Positions 27,201-36,354 of a stretch of 64,000 bases of DNA are shown piece by piece. This stretch comes from Candidatus Zipacnadia bacterium (GTDB lineage: Bacteria; Armatimonadota; Zipacnadia; Zipacnadales; UBA5352). The stretch is taken from positions 8,702 through 72,701 of the forward strand of contig JALGSW010000001.1 in the NCBI GenBank assembly GCA_029821635.1. The letters are read 5' to 3'. Both the position numbers and the translations under genes were made by a program. The notes under the pieces are model-generated. The model had not been told where the DNA came from, ran no database searches, and saw nothing but the letters and a program-made list of their open reading frames with translations. The stretch's first letter is position 1, and each line of letters begins with the position of its first letter.

Positions 27201-29234
27201 GAGGATCACTTCGCGCCCGACATCGAGCGCTTCCACGTAACCCCCGGCTTCATCCGCCTGCGCTACCGGCCCTTCGATCCGGCGACCACCGTCATCACGA
27301 GGCCGGACGGGACCGCGATCGCCGGCGCCGCGTGGCTCAATGCGCCGCTTCCCTTCGGCGGCACGAACGCGGTGCTCGACGGCTGGGTTGACCTTCGTGC
27401 AGCGCTGGACGCCGACGGCGTCGCCGTCGCGCCCGGCGACGAGGTCTACGTGAGCTACACCGGCTGGTCGGAGGCGAATGGCGGGTGGGTCACGGTGCCC
27501 AGTGCCGGGCTCAACATCGCCACCGAGCACCACCAGCTCTCGCCGGTCTTCGGGCCGTCGCTATCATCCCCCGCGGTGGCTGGCGACACAATCCACCTCG
27601 GCACCCAGGGCCGCGACAGGGACCTTGACGGCGTCTTCGAGCCCGCCGCGCCCAATCCGGCGCGTGCCGAGACGCTGCTGTCGTTGATGTGGAACAAGGC
27701 CACCGGCTACGTGCGCACGGACATCGCGCGGCCCGCGCGGCAGCAGCCGGGCGTCGCGGGTATCCCGGTCGTGAGCGGCTCGCCCTCGATCGCCGAGGAC
27801 AGCGTCTTCGTTGGCTCGCGCATTATGAGCACCGCCGACAACACCGGCATCGGCTACGGCTACGTCAGCGCACTCAAGCCCTGGCGGGTGCTGCTGTGCG
27901 ACAGCAACCGCATCGTTGAGACCACCGGCTCTGACCCGAGCTGGGTCTGCACCGGCACGTCCAGCCCGCAGCGCGCGCAGTCGTTCGTCGGCGAGGACCT
28001 GCGTCGGCCGTTCAGCCGCCCGGCCAAGGCCGCGCGCCTGGACACCGACAACATCCTCGTCGTTGACACCGGCAACCACCGGGTCGTGGAGATCGACCGC
28101 GCCGGGCGCGTCGTCTGGCCGCTCGACCAGTTCGGCTACGAGTATTACACGAGCCCGGACAACCACGATCTGAAGCTCTCGCGGCCCGCCGACGCGCATC
28201 GCTACTGGGGCTACGTCACTGAGAATGTCGGCGGGACGCCGCGTACCTTCCCGGTGATGCACACCGTCGTCGCCGACACCGGCAACGCGCGGGTCGTCGA
28301 GATCTCGACCACCTTCTACGACCCGATCAGCTTCGTGCAGGATGGCCGCCAGCGGCACACGATCACGACGCTCACACCGGCCTACGTGCGTGTCGGGACA
28401 AGCGCGCGCGGCTACGAGCGCGTCCGCTACACCTCCTCCGCGCCGATCACCGATCCGGTCAATGGCGCTGTGATCGGCTACCTGTGCGCCGCCTCGAACC
28501 TCAACCAGCTCCTCGTGGTGACGGCGGGCAACCGGATCGTCAATCCCTACGCCTCCGTCGCCATCGCGGGCGGCACGGCCGGCTCGACATGGGCCCAGTG
28601 GGCGTGGCTCTACGACGAAGACCCGGCCGACGGCAACAACGTCTCGAGCCAGCCGCTGCAGTTCGAGAACATCAAGCACGTTGACCTGAGCCGCATCGGC
28701 GGCACGATCTACATGGCCGTCACCTGCTCGCGCTACCTCGGGCGCTCGGGCGACCCCAGGCACGCACTCGCCGCTGAGGGCGCGGGTGTCTTCGAGTTCC
28801 GCATCGACGCCTCGGGAGCCCCGGCGGCCTGGCAGCTCGATCGGATGGGCACGGGCGCAGCCTGGCCCACCGCCGACCCGCACTGGTTCTTCGTCGGGGA
28901 CGACTACCGCGGCCGCACGATGACGACGATCACGACCGCCGCCGCGGGCTACGACAAGCGCTGGTACCCGGTCTGCTCGCAGCGCGTCAGGCCCGACACG
29001 GTGCTTGTCACCAACAGCCTCAGCCAGATCGAGAGCGCGACGACGGCCAACATCGGCGCGGGCGTGCGCAACGCGGTGCTGGGCAGTCACATCTTCGAGG
29101 TCGAGACCGACGACGGCGGTGACGCGAACCCGACCAACGATGCACACTCGATCGATCCGGGGCGCTCGGTGCCCGCGCCCGGTGAGATGTGGGCCGATCC
29201 GTTCGTGCAGCCGGCCTACGCCGAGGTCAGATGA
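24246..29234 (+). CDS. 1662-aa secreted protein with NHL-type beta-propeller repeats (PilY1-position analogue)
   Basis: Signal peptide MRFGRASFLLTALIGAALAASLPAMA. NHL-like repeats NILVVDTGNHRVVEIDRAGRVVWP and HTVVADTGNARVVEIS lie near 28040-28320. It sits directly after the PilX_N-like gene. Confidence 0.6.
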   Translation: MRFGRASFLLTALIGAALAASLPAMAARTAFRYDATQRVTNACVLGVNGQTVAGHPNPYIIEGIRRSDLTPDDWTFENPLAPATVIEGDLAADFVVKGKRDYWFVPLTDDTANQLVGMDLIYISAPDLDLTPREQNGLRAAVEAGAVLWVDNDIARNAGGNPTGETAVTAFPWVFSFDYNAGGNIHALEAVDPGNSLLRDPYALSAASIARLGDRPDRAEYDAAVGGTLTEGHFIDTLGTEFRTIINNVQYNGAGVVQGTAAWAIAADYGSGSVLVTAGGVGRDVAEWILERESGGTNWRPSPDFLQAPDVKFALNVVQWNDRWQQVRRTPRASATSVARAPFPLDIAWQYPDSSEDAAAVAIGAVVSTPVQSRNLLYALSVPSTVAGAPAYLMCFDMTPEDDRDGDSMADDGLTDYSGGAPYDMVWRVALDADMTPRYASPTLTSYNDPNNNLGNVADDVFYPQVALISYVDTSNGEAWVDCYDASIPTGGTLLWRRQIEGYSASAQIVSLSTPIVHRGYVYVLASEYDTVLSGAGDPDSTYTRAHCFELDYPWTVADPWPTDGSWWVYPSSLVNIDGIGTDESASEPQNALPPVDEPRWVAAEATMYPPPQGRTPLPPAPGALPVVHAVGTTIAGAAVDALLTFGTPFSNEWDDPDIEIDNGAGGSQYTLVPTPFREDDESPAKPGYASAALPWGIGLNHDHFALRMNEVINDPPVPVVTTLDGSLVDEHVSADGDRYVIFSPSTAREAAIQAAFAGGNPLEAQLGVEVEVDYNGLADPEAQRLSGPVAWRRALKNGQRPYQPASMSDDEIAVTSGRPVQYQYLTPPPNPPAGSGAITEMDASSGITRWSYDPTISIPQPGTAPTMSTTAAAFDDETLIVGASAVDYSNLFSVSSIIGLQRQIDMQIDLAGGTAGAYPSDVFMLWPGGVIHQLAPSSYNVDPWAGRLMFPAASAAEMIDIDGYAIPGPVYGRAIRVVWPDGTTEDHFAPDIERFHVTPGFIRLRYRPFDPATTVITRPDGTAIAGAAWLNAPLPFGGTNAVLDGWVDLRAALDADGVAVAPGDEVYVSYTGWSEANGGWVTVPSAGLNIATEHHQLSPVFGPSLSSPAVAGDTIHLGTQGRDRDLDGVFEPAAPNPARAETLLSLMWNKATGYVRTDIARPARQQPGVAGIPVVSGSPSIAEDSVFVGSRIMSTADNTGIGYGYVSALKPWRVLLCDSNRIVETTGSDPSWVCTGTSSPQRAQSFVGEDLRRPFSRPAKAARLDTDNILVVDTGNHRVVEIDRAGRVVWPLDQFGYEYYTSPDNHDLKLSRPADAHRYWGYVTENVGGTPRTFPVMHTVVADTGNARVVEISTTFYDPISFVQDGRQRHTITTLTPAYVRVGTSARGYERVRYTSSAPITDPVNGAVIGYLCAASNLNQLLVVTAGNRIVNPYASVAIAGGTAGSTWAQWAWLYDEDPADGNNVSSQPLQFENIKHVDLSRIGGTIYMAVTCSRYLGRSGDPRHALAAEGAGVFEFRIDASGAPAAWQLDRMGTGAAWPTADPHWFFVGDDYRGRTMTTITTAAAGYDKRWYPVCSQRVRPDTVLVTNSLSQIESATTANIGAGVRNAVLGSHIFEVETDDGGDANPTNDAHSIDPGRSVPAPGEMWADPFVQPAYAEVR

Positions 29235-29296
29235 GGGTGCCCCTCGCCGGGGACTTGCGACGGACCAGAGGCGATGTTCTGGAGAGGTGCCAATTG

Positions 29297-32200
29297 ATGC
29301 GAAACCGGTCGATCATCGCGATATTGCTTGCCTGCATCACAGCCGTCCCCGCGCTCGCGGAGGACGGGCCACCGTGGCAGGTGCGTCCGTACCTTTCCAC
29401 GTACACCGACGACTCCGCACGGTCGGCGACCGAGACGTGGACGTGGAACTACTCCGCTCTGCGGCACCATATCGTGTGCCCCTACTGCGGCTACAGCACG
29501 ACCGTCGAGGACCCGACGCCCGACCTGGACTACACCTGCCCGAACCCCTTCGACATCGCGGGCCATCCGGCAACGCAGCTCACGGAGGCCAATCCGCTTC
29601 AGCGCGTCCTCGGGCACCTCGAGGTGGGCGCTGAGGACATCGACGGTGACGAGGCGGCGCCACTGGTCGGGCGACCGTTCCATCCGGGCGGCATCGCCGC
29701 TCCGGTCTGGAACGACACCCCCTCTCCGTGGGAGGACCCGGTGGCGCTGGAGGATCAGGCGTCGTGGGTTACGCTGCGCGCGGACAATCTCGACGCCACC
29801 GACGGCGGCGGCCCGCTCGTCCAGGACGGCGACGGCCTGCGCTTCCTGCTGCTTGAGCCCGGCGCGGTCAGGCCGCAGGCGAGCTTCCAGTATGTGGACC
29901 CCACTGACGTGGTCACCGCCGCGGCAACCTTCTACGCCACCGGCGCCGGCGACGCGGGCACAAGTGGCGCGGGCCCGGCGAACTACATCATCTCCATCAA
30001 CCCCAACCGCGTCTCCGATGGCGACGTGTTCTACATCCGCCATCACGAGCGACGCGAGACGTGGTTCATGGGCTTCCTCGGCAGGACCGCGGAAGTTGAC
30101 TGCCAGGTCTACAGCACGCTCTACGGCAACGACTTCGACACCGCCGGCGAGATCGACGACGCGCTCCTCGAGCTCGCGCCCTACGACACGCAGCAGGGCT
30201 GTCAGATCGTCACCGACAGCGGTGCGCTGCGCGTCACGCTCCCCCGGCGCTTCTCCACCGTCGCGGTGCTGGAGAATACCTGGGTGCTCAAGATCGTCAT
30301 CAACTCCAATGCCCGCCTGATGCCGGGACCCGAGGAGGTCAACTGGGACCTCGTCGATGGCGTGGACCTCTACACCGAGCCCGCGGAGGTCGAGCCGGAC
30401 CTGCTCACCAACATCAACGCCGATCTCTCGCAAAAGAAGGCCGCGTACGTCGCCTATGCCAGCGGCAACGATCCCGCCCTCGCCACCGCCGACGACAACG
30501 ATGGCATCGCCTATGACGTGGAGGAGAAGGACCTGCATGGCGACGGCTTCATCTCGTCGGAGATCTGGCCGTACCGGATGCAGCCGGAGGCCGCCGGACG
30601 CGGTCGCGCGATGCTCCAGTGGTCCGAGCTCATCCCGTCCGCGGCCCTGCAGCAGGACAACCCGGCATTCCTCGCCCAGATGGTCTACTACCGCGACGGC
30701 GCGGAGTGGAACTACCTCGCGGACATCGATGGCTTCGAGACGCGGCTGGTCACCAACGGGGATGTCGCGAACCAGACCGCCATCAGCAGCACGACCACGA
30801 ACTACACGTACATCGACTCGTACTTCATGTGCTCGCGCGTGGACGTTGATCACGACGCGGCCTACCCATTCTACCTCGCCGATGACAACTGGATGGACTC
30901 ACTGGGCAATGACAAGGGCGTGGTTGTCGGCGACCTCGAGCCCGCCACCGGTGGCCACGCGCGCATCGTCCTCGGCGAACTGCAGGACGCGCCCAGCGAT
31001 GCCTGGGGCGGCGAGTACAAGCCCGGCACGCGCACCCCCGCCCGCGTCTTCTCGCTGGCGAACCGCATGGAGGTCCGCCCGCTCGTCTGCCCGCTCGACG
31101 ACGACGGCTGCGGCGCGCGCTACCGGCTCGACGAGCCCTTCGCGGACGGTAATGACGGCCAGCTCGCCCCCGGCGACGACTGCCCCGCCTGCGGCGTGGA
31201 GCTGATCCTCGAGCGCGGCGAGGCCGAGGTGCGCTACGACTCGCAGGACGTGATGGCCGCCAACGCCGGCGCACAGCGCATGACCGCCACCGCCTTCCGC
31301 TTCGAGCCGAACGCGCTCGTTCCGATGGGCGCGGTTGACTTCGAGCAGGAGGTCTTCGCCGACATCCCGGCCTACCAGCCGCCGTCGGTGCCCGCGGGCG
31401 CCACGCCCTTCGCCAACGACATCGCCAACGACTTCGGCTACCGCGGCACGATGGTGGCCTTCAACCGGCCCGAGGATGACGGCGACGCCCAGACCGCCAA
31501 CACCAACTGGGACGCCTACTATCTCTCGCCCGAGGACGGCGACAAGCTCGCCAGCGTAGACGCCGCCACCGCCGCCGATGCCGAGTGGGTCTGCTCGGTC
31601 TGCCACACGCGGCTGAACCGCAGCTACACCGACTGCACCTGCTGCGGCCACACCTTCGCGGCGGCCGACGATCTGCCCAACCCCTACGTGATGCACGACG
31701 CGCTCACGGCTGAGGAGTACGATCCCTTCGGCCTGCAGCTCTCCGTGCTGCGACAGGCGGGGCTCGCCGCCGACCAGCGCGTCGTGGACCTCGGCTGGGT
31801 CGCGCCCGGCACCCCGCAGGACGCGCCCAACACGGTCAACGGCTCAACGGACGTGGTTGCCGGCAGCGCGGCCGTGCCCACGGACGTCTCCAACCGCGGC
31901 GACCTGCCCGTGCGTAACGAGGGCAACATCATCGTGGACACGGAGATGCGCTCAGGGCCGCTGCTGCAGACCGGCGTGGACCAGGCAGTGCGTTCGGAGA
32001 GCCGCTGGGCGCAGAGCGTGCCGATCACGCTCGGGACACTCTTCCGCTACCGCCCCGGCCCGAACGAGTTCGACAGCGCCGACTGGATGCTCGACTCCCC
32101 CGACGCCACCGGCGCCGCGGGCGCGAGTGCGACCGCGATGCTGCAGGTCGGCGTCCGCGCCATCGCTGGCGATCCCTACGGTGGCACCGTCAAGCCCGTC

Positions 32201-34753
32201 CCGCTGGGCCAGCCGGTCGGCAACTACGCCAGCGAGGTGCTCGTCTTCATCGACCTGAACGGTGACGGCGACCTCGACTTCTACGATGTCCAGACCGGCG
32301 CGACCAACCGTCCGTCCACCGAGTTCGATCCGGGCATCGACGAGCCGTTCGAGCCCGTCGCGCCCTTTGCCACGCGCGCCCGCGTCACCGAGGCGCGGCT
32401 GCCGCAGGACGACTTCTACTCGCAGGACGTCACGCCGACGCTCCTGTATCAGGAGAACCAGGCGACGCCTGACCAGAGCCGCATGCAGGTGCTGTGGGTG
32501 GGGCAGAGGGCCGCTCCGGCCGCCGCCGGCGCCGATGCGCCCGCAGGCGTCTCGCCCGCGAACGTCCCGGCGCCGATCGCGCCGACCAACATCCTCTACT
32601 CCAACGCGCAGGTCAACGCCGGCGCCGCCGCCGCGGCCGACCCGGTCTACCGCGGCTGGCTGTGGGCACCGGCGGGCACTGAGCCCGCGGATGCAGACGC
32701 ACTCTCGGTCAGCGCGACCGCCAACGAGAGCAACAGTTCGCCCACCGCCTACGTGGACGGCGCGAATGGCAATCGCTGGGTCATGTGGCACCGCTCGCAG
32801 GCCTCCGCGGCGGGCATCTCCTCCCAGCTCCGCTTCGACACCTCGTCCACCGCGGACTGGGACGGCTCCGACCCGACCGAGTTCATCTTCGGCAGCGCCG
32901 GCGCGCATAGCGGCCTCACCGCCTTCGTGCGACCGGGCGCGGCCAACGCACACTGGCTGCTCTGGCACGGCGGCCCGGTCGGCCGCGAGAACCTGCGCTA
33001 CCGCTGGGAGTGGGACCCGACCTCGGGCACCGTGCCCGGCGACGCGCGGCTGATGGTCAGCAATACCTCCACCGGCCTGCGCTTCGACTACTTCGACGTC
33101 GGCGGCCAGCGCTACCGCAAGCCAGCGCTCGATCCCTTCACCTACGTGAAGGAGGCCAGCGCCTTCGGCACGACCGACGGCGCGGGGGACTTCCAGCTCG
33201 ATGTGCTCTTCACCGGGCACATCCGCTCGCTGGGCAACTCCGACATTTGCTGGTCGCGCTTCAGCTTCGGCAACCCCGCCGACGCGGACTTCCCGTATAA
33301 CTCTGCACAGGATAACTTCGGCAAAGTTCCATTCCCGCGCGTGGCCGGGCAGACCTACGGCGCCGCACCCTACGCCACCACCGACGCCCGCGGGATGTCC
33401 GCGGTCATCGACGCCGCCGGCGACGTGCGCGGCTACGTCGGCGAGCAGCTTCAGTCCAGTCCGCGTCGCGAGGCGTTCCAGGCGCATGACATCGACTGGC
33501 TCGTGACCTACGACTACGAGACCGACCCGGACTGGCAGACGTGGCTTACGGACGCCGCTCCGAAGCCCACGACCGCCGACTACGATGACCCGATGCTCTA
33601 CGTGGGCGTGGTGACCGATGACGGCACCGGCGCGGCGCAGAGCCTCTACGCGGTCGAGTGGAGCGAGGGAGCCTACAACGCCGCCACGGGCCTCTACCAG
33701 GTGCTCCCGCGGCTGATAGGCCTGGACGTGCTCTCGGGCAGTCTCGCGGAGTTGCCCGACCCAGCGGATCCGGCGAATGACCCCGCACTGCCGCATCCGA
33801 ACGACGACAGCGCCACCGACGCGATCTACTGGCGGGCCATCGGCGGTGTCAACGCGAAGGCGTTGCTCGCGCCGCGCGCGCGCCAGGAAGCGATGGACGG
33901 AAGCGCTCCTGAGGGCCTGCCCGCCGTCATGCTCACGATCAACCCGGCGTCGGGCATGGTGCAGTGGTCTTCGTCGCTGTTCAACCCGGACAACCCGTTC
34001 GACAGCCAGGCGGTCTTCAACGAGCAGAACACGCCCAATATCGTTGACGTGGTGATGTACGCGGACTACACGCCGTTCACGCGCCGCGCCACCACGGACA
34101 TGGCGGACGACGACTCGCCGTCGGCGTTCTGGAACGCGGGCGACAGCGGCCGGCTGACGGTCTTCTGGCGGCGCAGCTACGCGGACACCGACACACCGCA
34201 CTTCGGCCGCCCGTCGTTCTTGTATAAGACCTACACCCGCGCCATCCAGGTCGGCCGCCCGCCGATCGCCGGCATGGGCAGCGTCATCGACCGGACCGTC
34301 CATCCCACCGGGGCCGCGCCCGATGTCACCTACAACGTGCTCTCACCGGCCAACGGTGTGATCGAGATTGGCACGAGTCCTGCAACATCACTGTCGAGGA
34401 TCGGTCACCGGATCGCCGTGACTTACACGGACGGCGCCGGCGTGTCCCGCACCGAGCAGCACCGCGTCATCGGCTGGAGCCTGGAGACGCCGGTGCCGAT
34501 CAACGCCGTCACCTCCGAGGGCCCGCTACGGGTGATCCCGGAGGTCTACGACGTCGATCCGGGCTCAGGCGACGTGTTCACCACGGTGCGCTACTGGCTC
34601 GCGTGGTCGAGCTCGCGCGGTGTCTACGACATGCGCGGCGCGGCCGCCGACGGCCAGCGGGTGCATCAGTCGCCGGACGTGTATCTCGCCGTGGTGGCGC
34701 CCGAGCACAGCAGCCTGATCGCGGACCTCCAGGTGCCCAGACTCGAGCCGTGA
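29297..34753 (+). CDS. 1818-aa secreted giant protein with Cys-knuckle motifs and a DxDxDG loop
   Basis: The start is at ATG 29297 (GGAGAGGTG RBS) with signal peptide MRNRSIIAILLACITAVPALAEDG. Cys motifs at 29477-29539, 31088-31192 and 31592-31645. DLNGDGDLD at 32252-32278. No family recognised. Confidence 0.65.
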   Translation: MRNRSIIAILLACITAVPALAEDGPPWQVRPYLSTYTDDSARSATETWTWNYSALRHHIVCPYCGYSTTVEDPTPDLDYTCPNPFDIAGHPATQLTEANPLQRVLGHLEVGAEDIDGDEAAPLVGRPFHPGGIAAPVWNDTPSPWEDPVALEDQASWVTLRADNLDATDGGGPLVQDGDGLRFLLLEPGAVRPQASFQYVDPTDVVTAAATFYATGAGDAGTSGAGPANYIISINPNRVSDGDVFYIRHHERRETWFMGFLGRTAEVDCQVYSTLYGNDFDTAGEIDDALLELAPYDTQQGCQIVTDSGALRVTLPRRFSTVAVLENTWVLKIVINSNARLMPGPEEVNWDLVDGVDLYTEPAEVEPDLLTNINADLSQKKAAYVAYASGNDPALATADDNDGIAYDVEEKDLHGDGFISSEIWPYRMQPEAAGRGRAMLQWSELIPSAALQQDNPAFLAQMVYYRDGAEWNYLADIDGFETRLVTNGDVANQTAISSTTTNYTYIDSYFMCSRVDVDHDAAYPFYLADDNWMDSLGNDKGVVVGDLEPATGGHARIVLGELQDAPSDAWGGEYKPGTRTPARVFSLANRMEVRPLVCPLDDDGCGARYRLDEPFADGNDGQLAPGDDCPACGVELILERGEAEVRYDSQDVMAANAGAQRMTATAFRFEPNALVPMGAVDFEQEVFADIPAYQPPSVPAGATPFANDIANDFGYRGTMVAFNRPEDDGDAQTANTNWDAYYLSPEDGDKLASVDAATAADAEWVCSVCHTRLNRSYTDCTCCGHTFAAADDLPNPYVMHDALTAEEYDPFGLQLSVLRQAGLAADQRVVDLGWVAPGTPQDAPNTVNGSTDVVAGSAAVPTDVSNRGDLPVRNEGNIIVDTEMRSGPLLQTGVDQAVRSESRWAQSVPITLGTLFRYRPGPNEFDSADWMLDSPDATGAAGASATAMLQVGVRAIAGDPYGGTVKPVPLGQPVGNYASEVLVFIDLNGDGDLDFYDVQTGATNRPSTEFDPGIDEPFEPVAPFATRARVTEARLPQDDFYSQDVTPTLLYQENQATPDQSRMQVLWVGQRAAPAAAGADAPAGVSPANVPAPIAPTNILYSNAQVNAGAAAAADPVYRGWLWAPAGTEPADADALSVSATANESNSSPTAYVDGANGNRWVMWHRSQASAAGISSQLRFDTSSTADWDGSDPTEFIFGSAGAHSGLTAFVRPGAANAHWLLWHGGPVGRENLRYRWEWDPTSGTVPGDARLMVSNTSTGLRFDYFDVGGQRYRKPALDPFTYVKEASAFGTTDGAGDFQLDVLFTGHIRSLGNSDICWSRFSFGNPADADFPYNSAQDNFGKVPFPRVAGQTYGAAPYATTDARGMSAVIDAAGDVRGYVGEQLQSSPRREAFQAHDIDWLVTYDYETDPDWQTWLTDAAPKPTTADYDDPMLYVGVVTDDGTGAAQSLYAVEWSEGAYNAATGLYQVLPRLIGLDVLSGSLAELPDPADPANDPALPHPNDDSATDAIYWRAIGGVNAKALLAPRARQEAMDGSAPEGLPAVMLTINPASGMVQWSSSLFNPDNPFDSQAVFNEQNTPNIVDVVMYADYTPFTRRATTDMADDDSPSAFWNAGDSGRLTVFWRRSYADTDTPHFGRPSFLYKTYTRAIQVGRPPIAGMGSVIDRTVHPTGAAPDVTYNVLSPANGVIEIGTSPATSLSRIGHRIAVTYTDGAGVSRTEQHRVIGWSLETPVPINAVTSEGPLRVIPEVYDVDPGSGDVFTTVRYWLAWSSSRGVYDMRGAAADGQRVHQSPDVYLAVVAPEHSSLIADLQVPRLEP

Positions 34754-34969
34754 CGTCGGTGCATGGAGGCCGGGCGGAGCGGGCGATGGTTGTCCGCGAA
34801 AGCTTAACGCAGGGACGATAGAGGGATCATGCTCCGGGTGGGGAAGATGAGCGTGTACCGGAGACTTGACATTGGCCTGCCAGATATAATAGAGTAACCG
34901 AGGATCAGGCTGCCCGGAGCGGCCATCGCTCGGGAGTGAGAGGCTGCAATACGGCAGGAGGCGCGCTAC

Positions 34970-36307
34970 ATGGCCAAGGGCGCAACGCATGTCCTGGGCC
35001 TGGACATCGGGACAGCATTCATCAAGGCAGCGGAGATCCAACTGCGCGGCAGTGAGTTCCACGTTGTCGGTCGCCCTGCAGTGATCCCGACGCCTCGCGG
35101 TGCCGTGCGTGGTGGCGTTATCGTTGACGCCCCCGCGGTGACCGAGGCGCTTCAGGAGATCCGCGCCCACTTCGGCATCAAGTCGAAGAAGGTGATCGCC
35201 TCGGTAGGCGGCGACTCATCCGTCGTCGTGCGTATCACCGAGGTGCCCCGTATGTCCGGCAAAGAGCTCGATGAAGCTGTCCAGTGGGAGCTCGACGAGC
35301 AGACGCCCTTCCCCGTTGACGAGGTCATCTACGACTACTCCCCGATCGATCGCCCCGACGCCGACCCTGAGGCGACCGAGATGGAGATCCTGCTCGCTGT
35401 AGCGCAGGAGGACCTTGTCGCGGCGCACGTCGAGGCTATCCAGGGCGCAGGGATGCAGCCGGTGGCTATGGACATCGAACCGCTCGCCATCGGTCGCGCC
35501 ATCATAGACGCCGCAGGCGAGGAGATGGCCGACGAGACCATCGTCAACGTCCACGTCGGCGCTACCAACTCGCTGATCCTGATCTTCCGGCACAAGCTGC
35601 TCGGCTTCGTGCGCGTCATCCCCTCGGGTGGCGAGAACCTCAGCCAGGCCCTCGCCCAGAGCCTCATGCTCGACCAGGAAAACGCTGAAGTTGTTAAGCT
35701 TCAGCTCGGAAACCTTAACGAGGGCGGGCTTGTCGAAGAACCGACGGACGAGTTCGGCGGCGCCGGCATGTTCGAGGAGGAAGAGGAGGACGACGGGCTC
35801 GGAACCGACTCGGTCTTCGAGCTTTCCAGCACTGAGGACGCGGCCGACCTCGGCCCGGTGGACGACCGCGCTACGCACCTTGAGATCGAGGAGGACCTGG
35901 GCGAGATCGAGGAGCCTCCAGCCGCAGAGATGCCGGCGCCGCCGGCCATGGCGGCCGACGCGGAGCCGCAGGACCCGGATCTGGTCGAGGCGCGGGAGCA
36001 CGTCGCCGAGGCCCTTACCGAACCGGTCCTCGACCTCGCAACTGAGGTCCGCAGGTCCCTGGAGTTCTACCGCCGGCAGCACCGCAACGAACCGATCGAC
36101 CGCATCGTGATCACCGGCGGGACAGCCAATCTCGAGGGCATCGCGCAACTGATGACCGACGAGACAGGCGTCAAGTCCGAAGTCGGCAACCCGTTCAAGC
36201 ATATGCAGTTCGACGATGACACCATTTCTGAGCACTACCTGCGCGACATCGGGCCATCCAGCGTCGTGGCCGTCGGGCTCGCGCTCCGCGACATGGTCGC
36301 CGAGTGA
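34970..36307 (+). CDS. pilM: type IV pilus assembly protein PilM (actin-like ATPase fold) with acidic insertion
   Basis: VLGLDIGTAFIKAAEIQ N-terminus and an IVITGGTANLEGI C-terminal phosphate-2-like motif. A roughly 90-aa E/D-rich insertion is encoded around 35712-35990. Confidence 0.85.
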   Translation: MAKGATHVLGLDIGTAFIKAAEIQLRGSEFHVVGRPAVIPTPRGAVRGGVIVDAPAVTEALQEIRAHFGIKSKKVIASVGGDSSVVVRITEVPRMSGKELDEAVQWELDEQTPFPVDEVIYDYSPIDRPDADPEATEMEILLAVAQEDLVAAHVEAIQGAGMQPVAMDIEPLAIGRAIIDAAGEEMADETIVNVHVGATNSLILIFRHKLLGFVRVIPSGGENLSQALAQSLMLDQENAEVVKLQLGNLNEGGLVEEPTDEFGGAGMFEEEEEDDGLGTDSVFELSSTEDAADLGPVDDRATHLEIEEDLGEIEEPPAAEMPAPPAMAADAEPQDPDLVEAREHVAEALTEPVLDLATEVRRSLEFYRRQHRNEPIDRIVITGGTANLEGIAQLMTDETGVKSEVGNPFKHMQFDDDTISEHYLRDIGPSSVVAVGLALRDMVAE

Positions 36308-36354
36308 GCCACCGGACGACACCGCTGACGACCGACTGATCTGAGGGATCGCAC

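Noticed and set aside
34866-34890. TTGACA ... TATAAT pair upstream of pilM as a sigma70 promoter
   Set aside because: Both hexamers are perfect, but by my count the spacer is only 13 nt. The two convincing promoters in this window use 18 nt. It is not callable as a canonical promoter, although the 216-nt lower-GC intergenic region probably does hold the pilM promoter somewhere.
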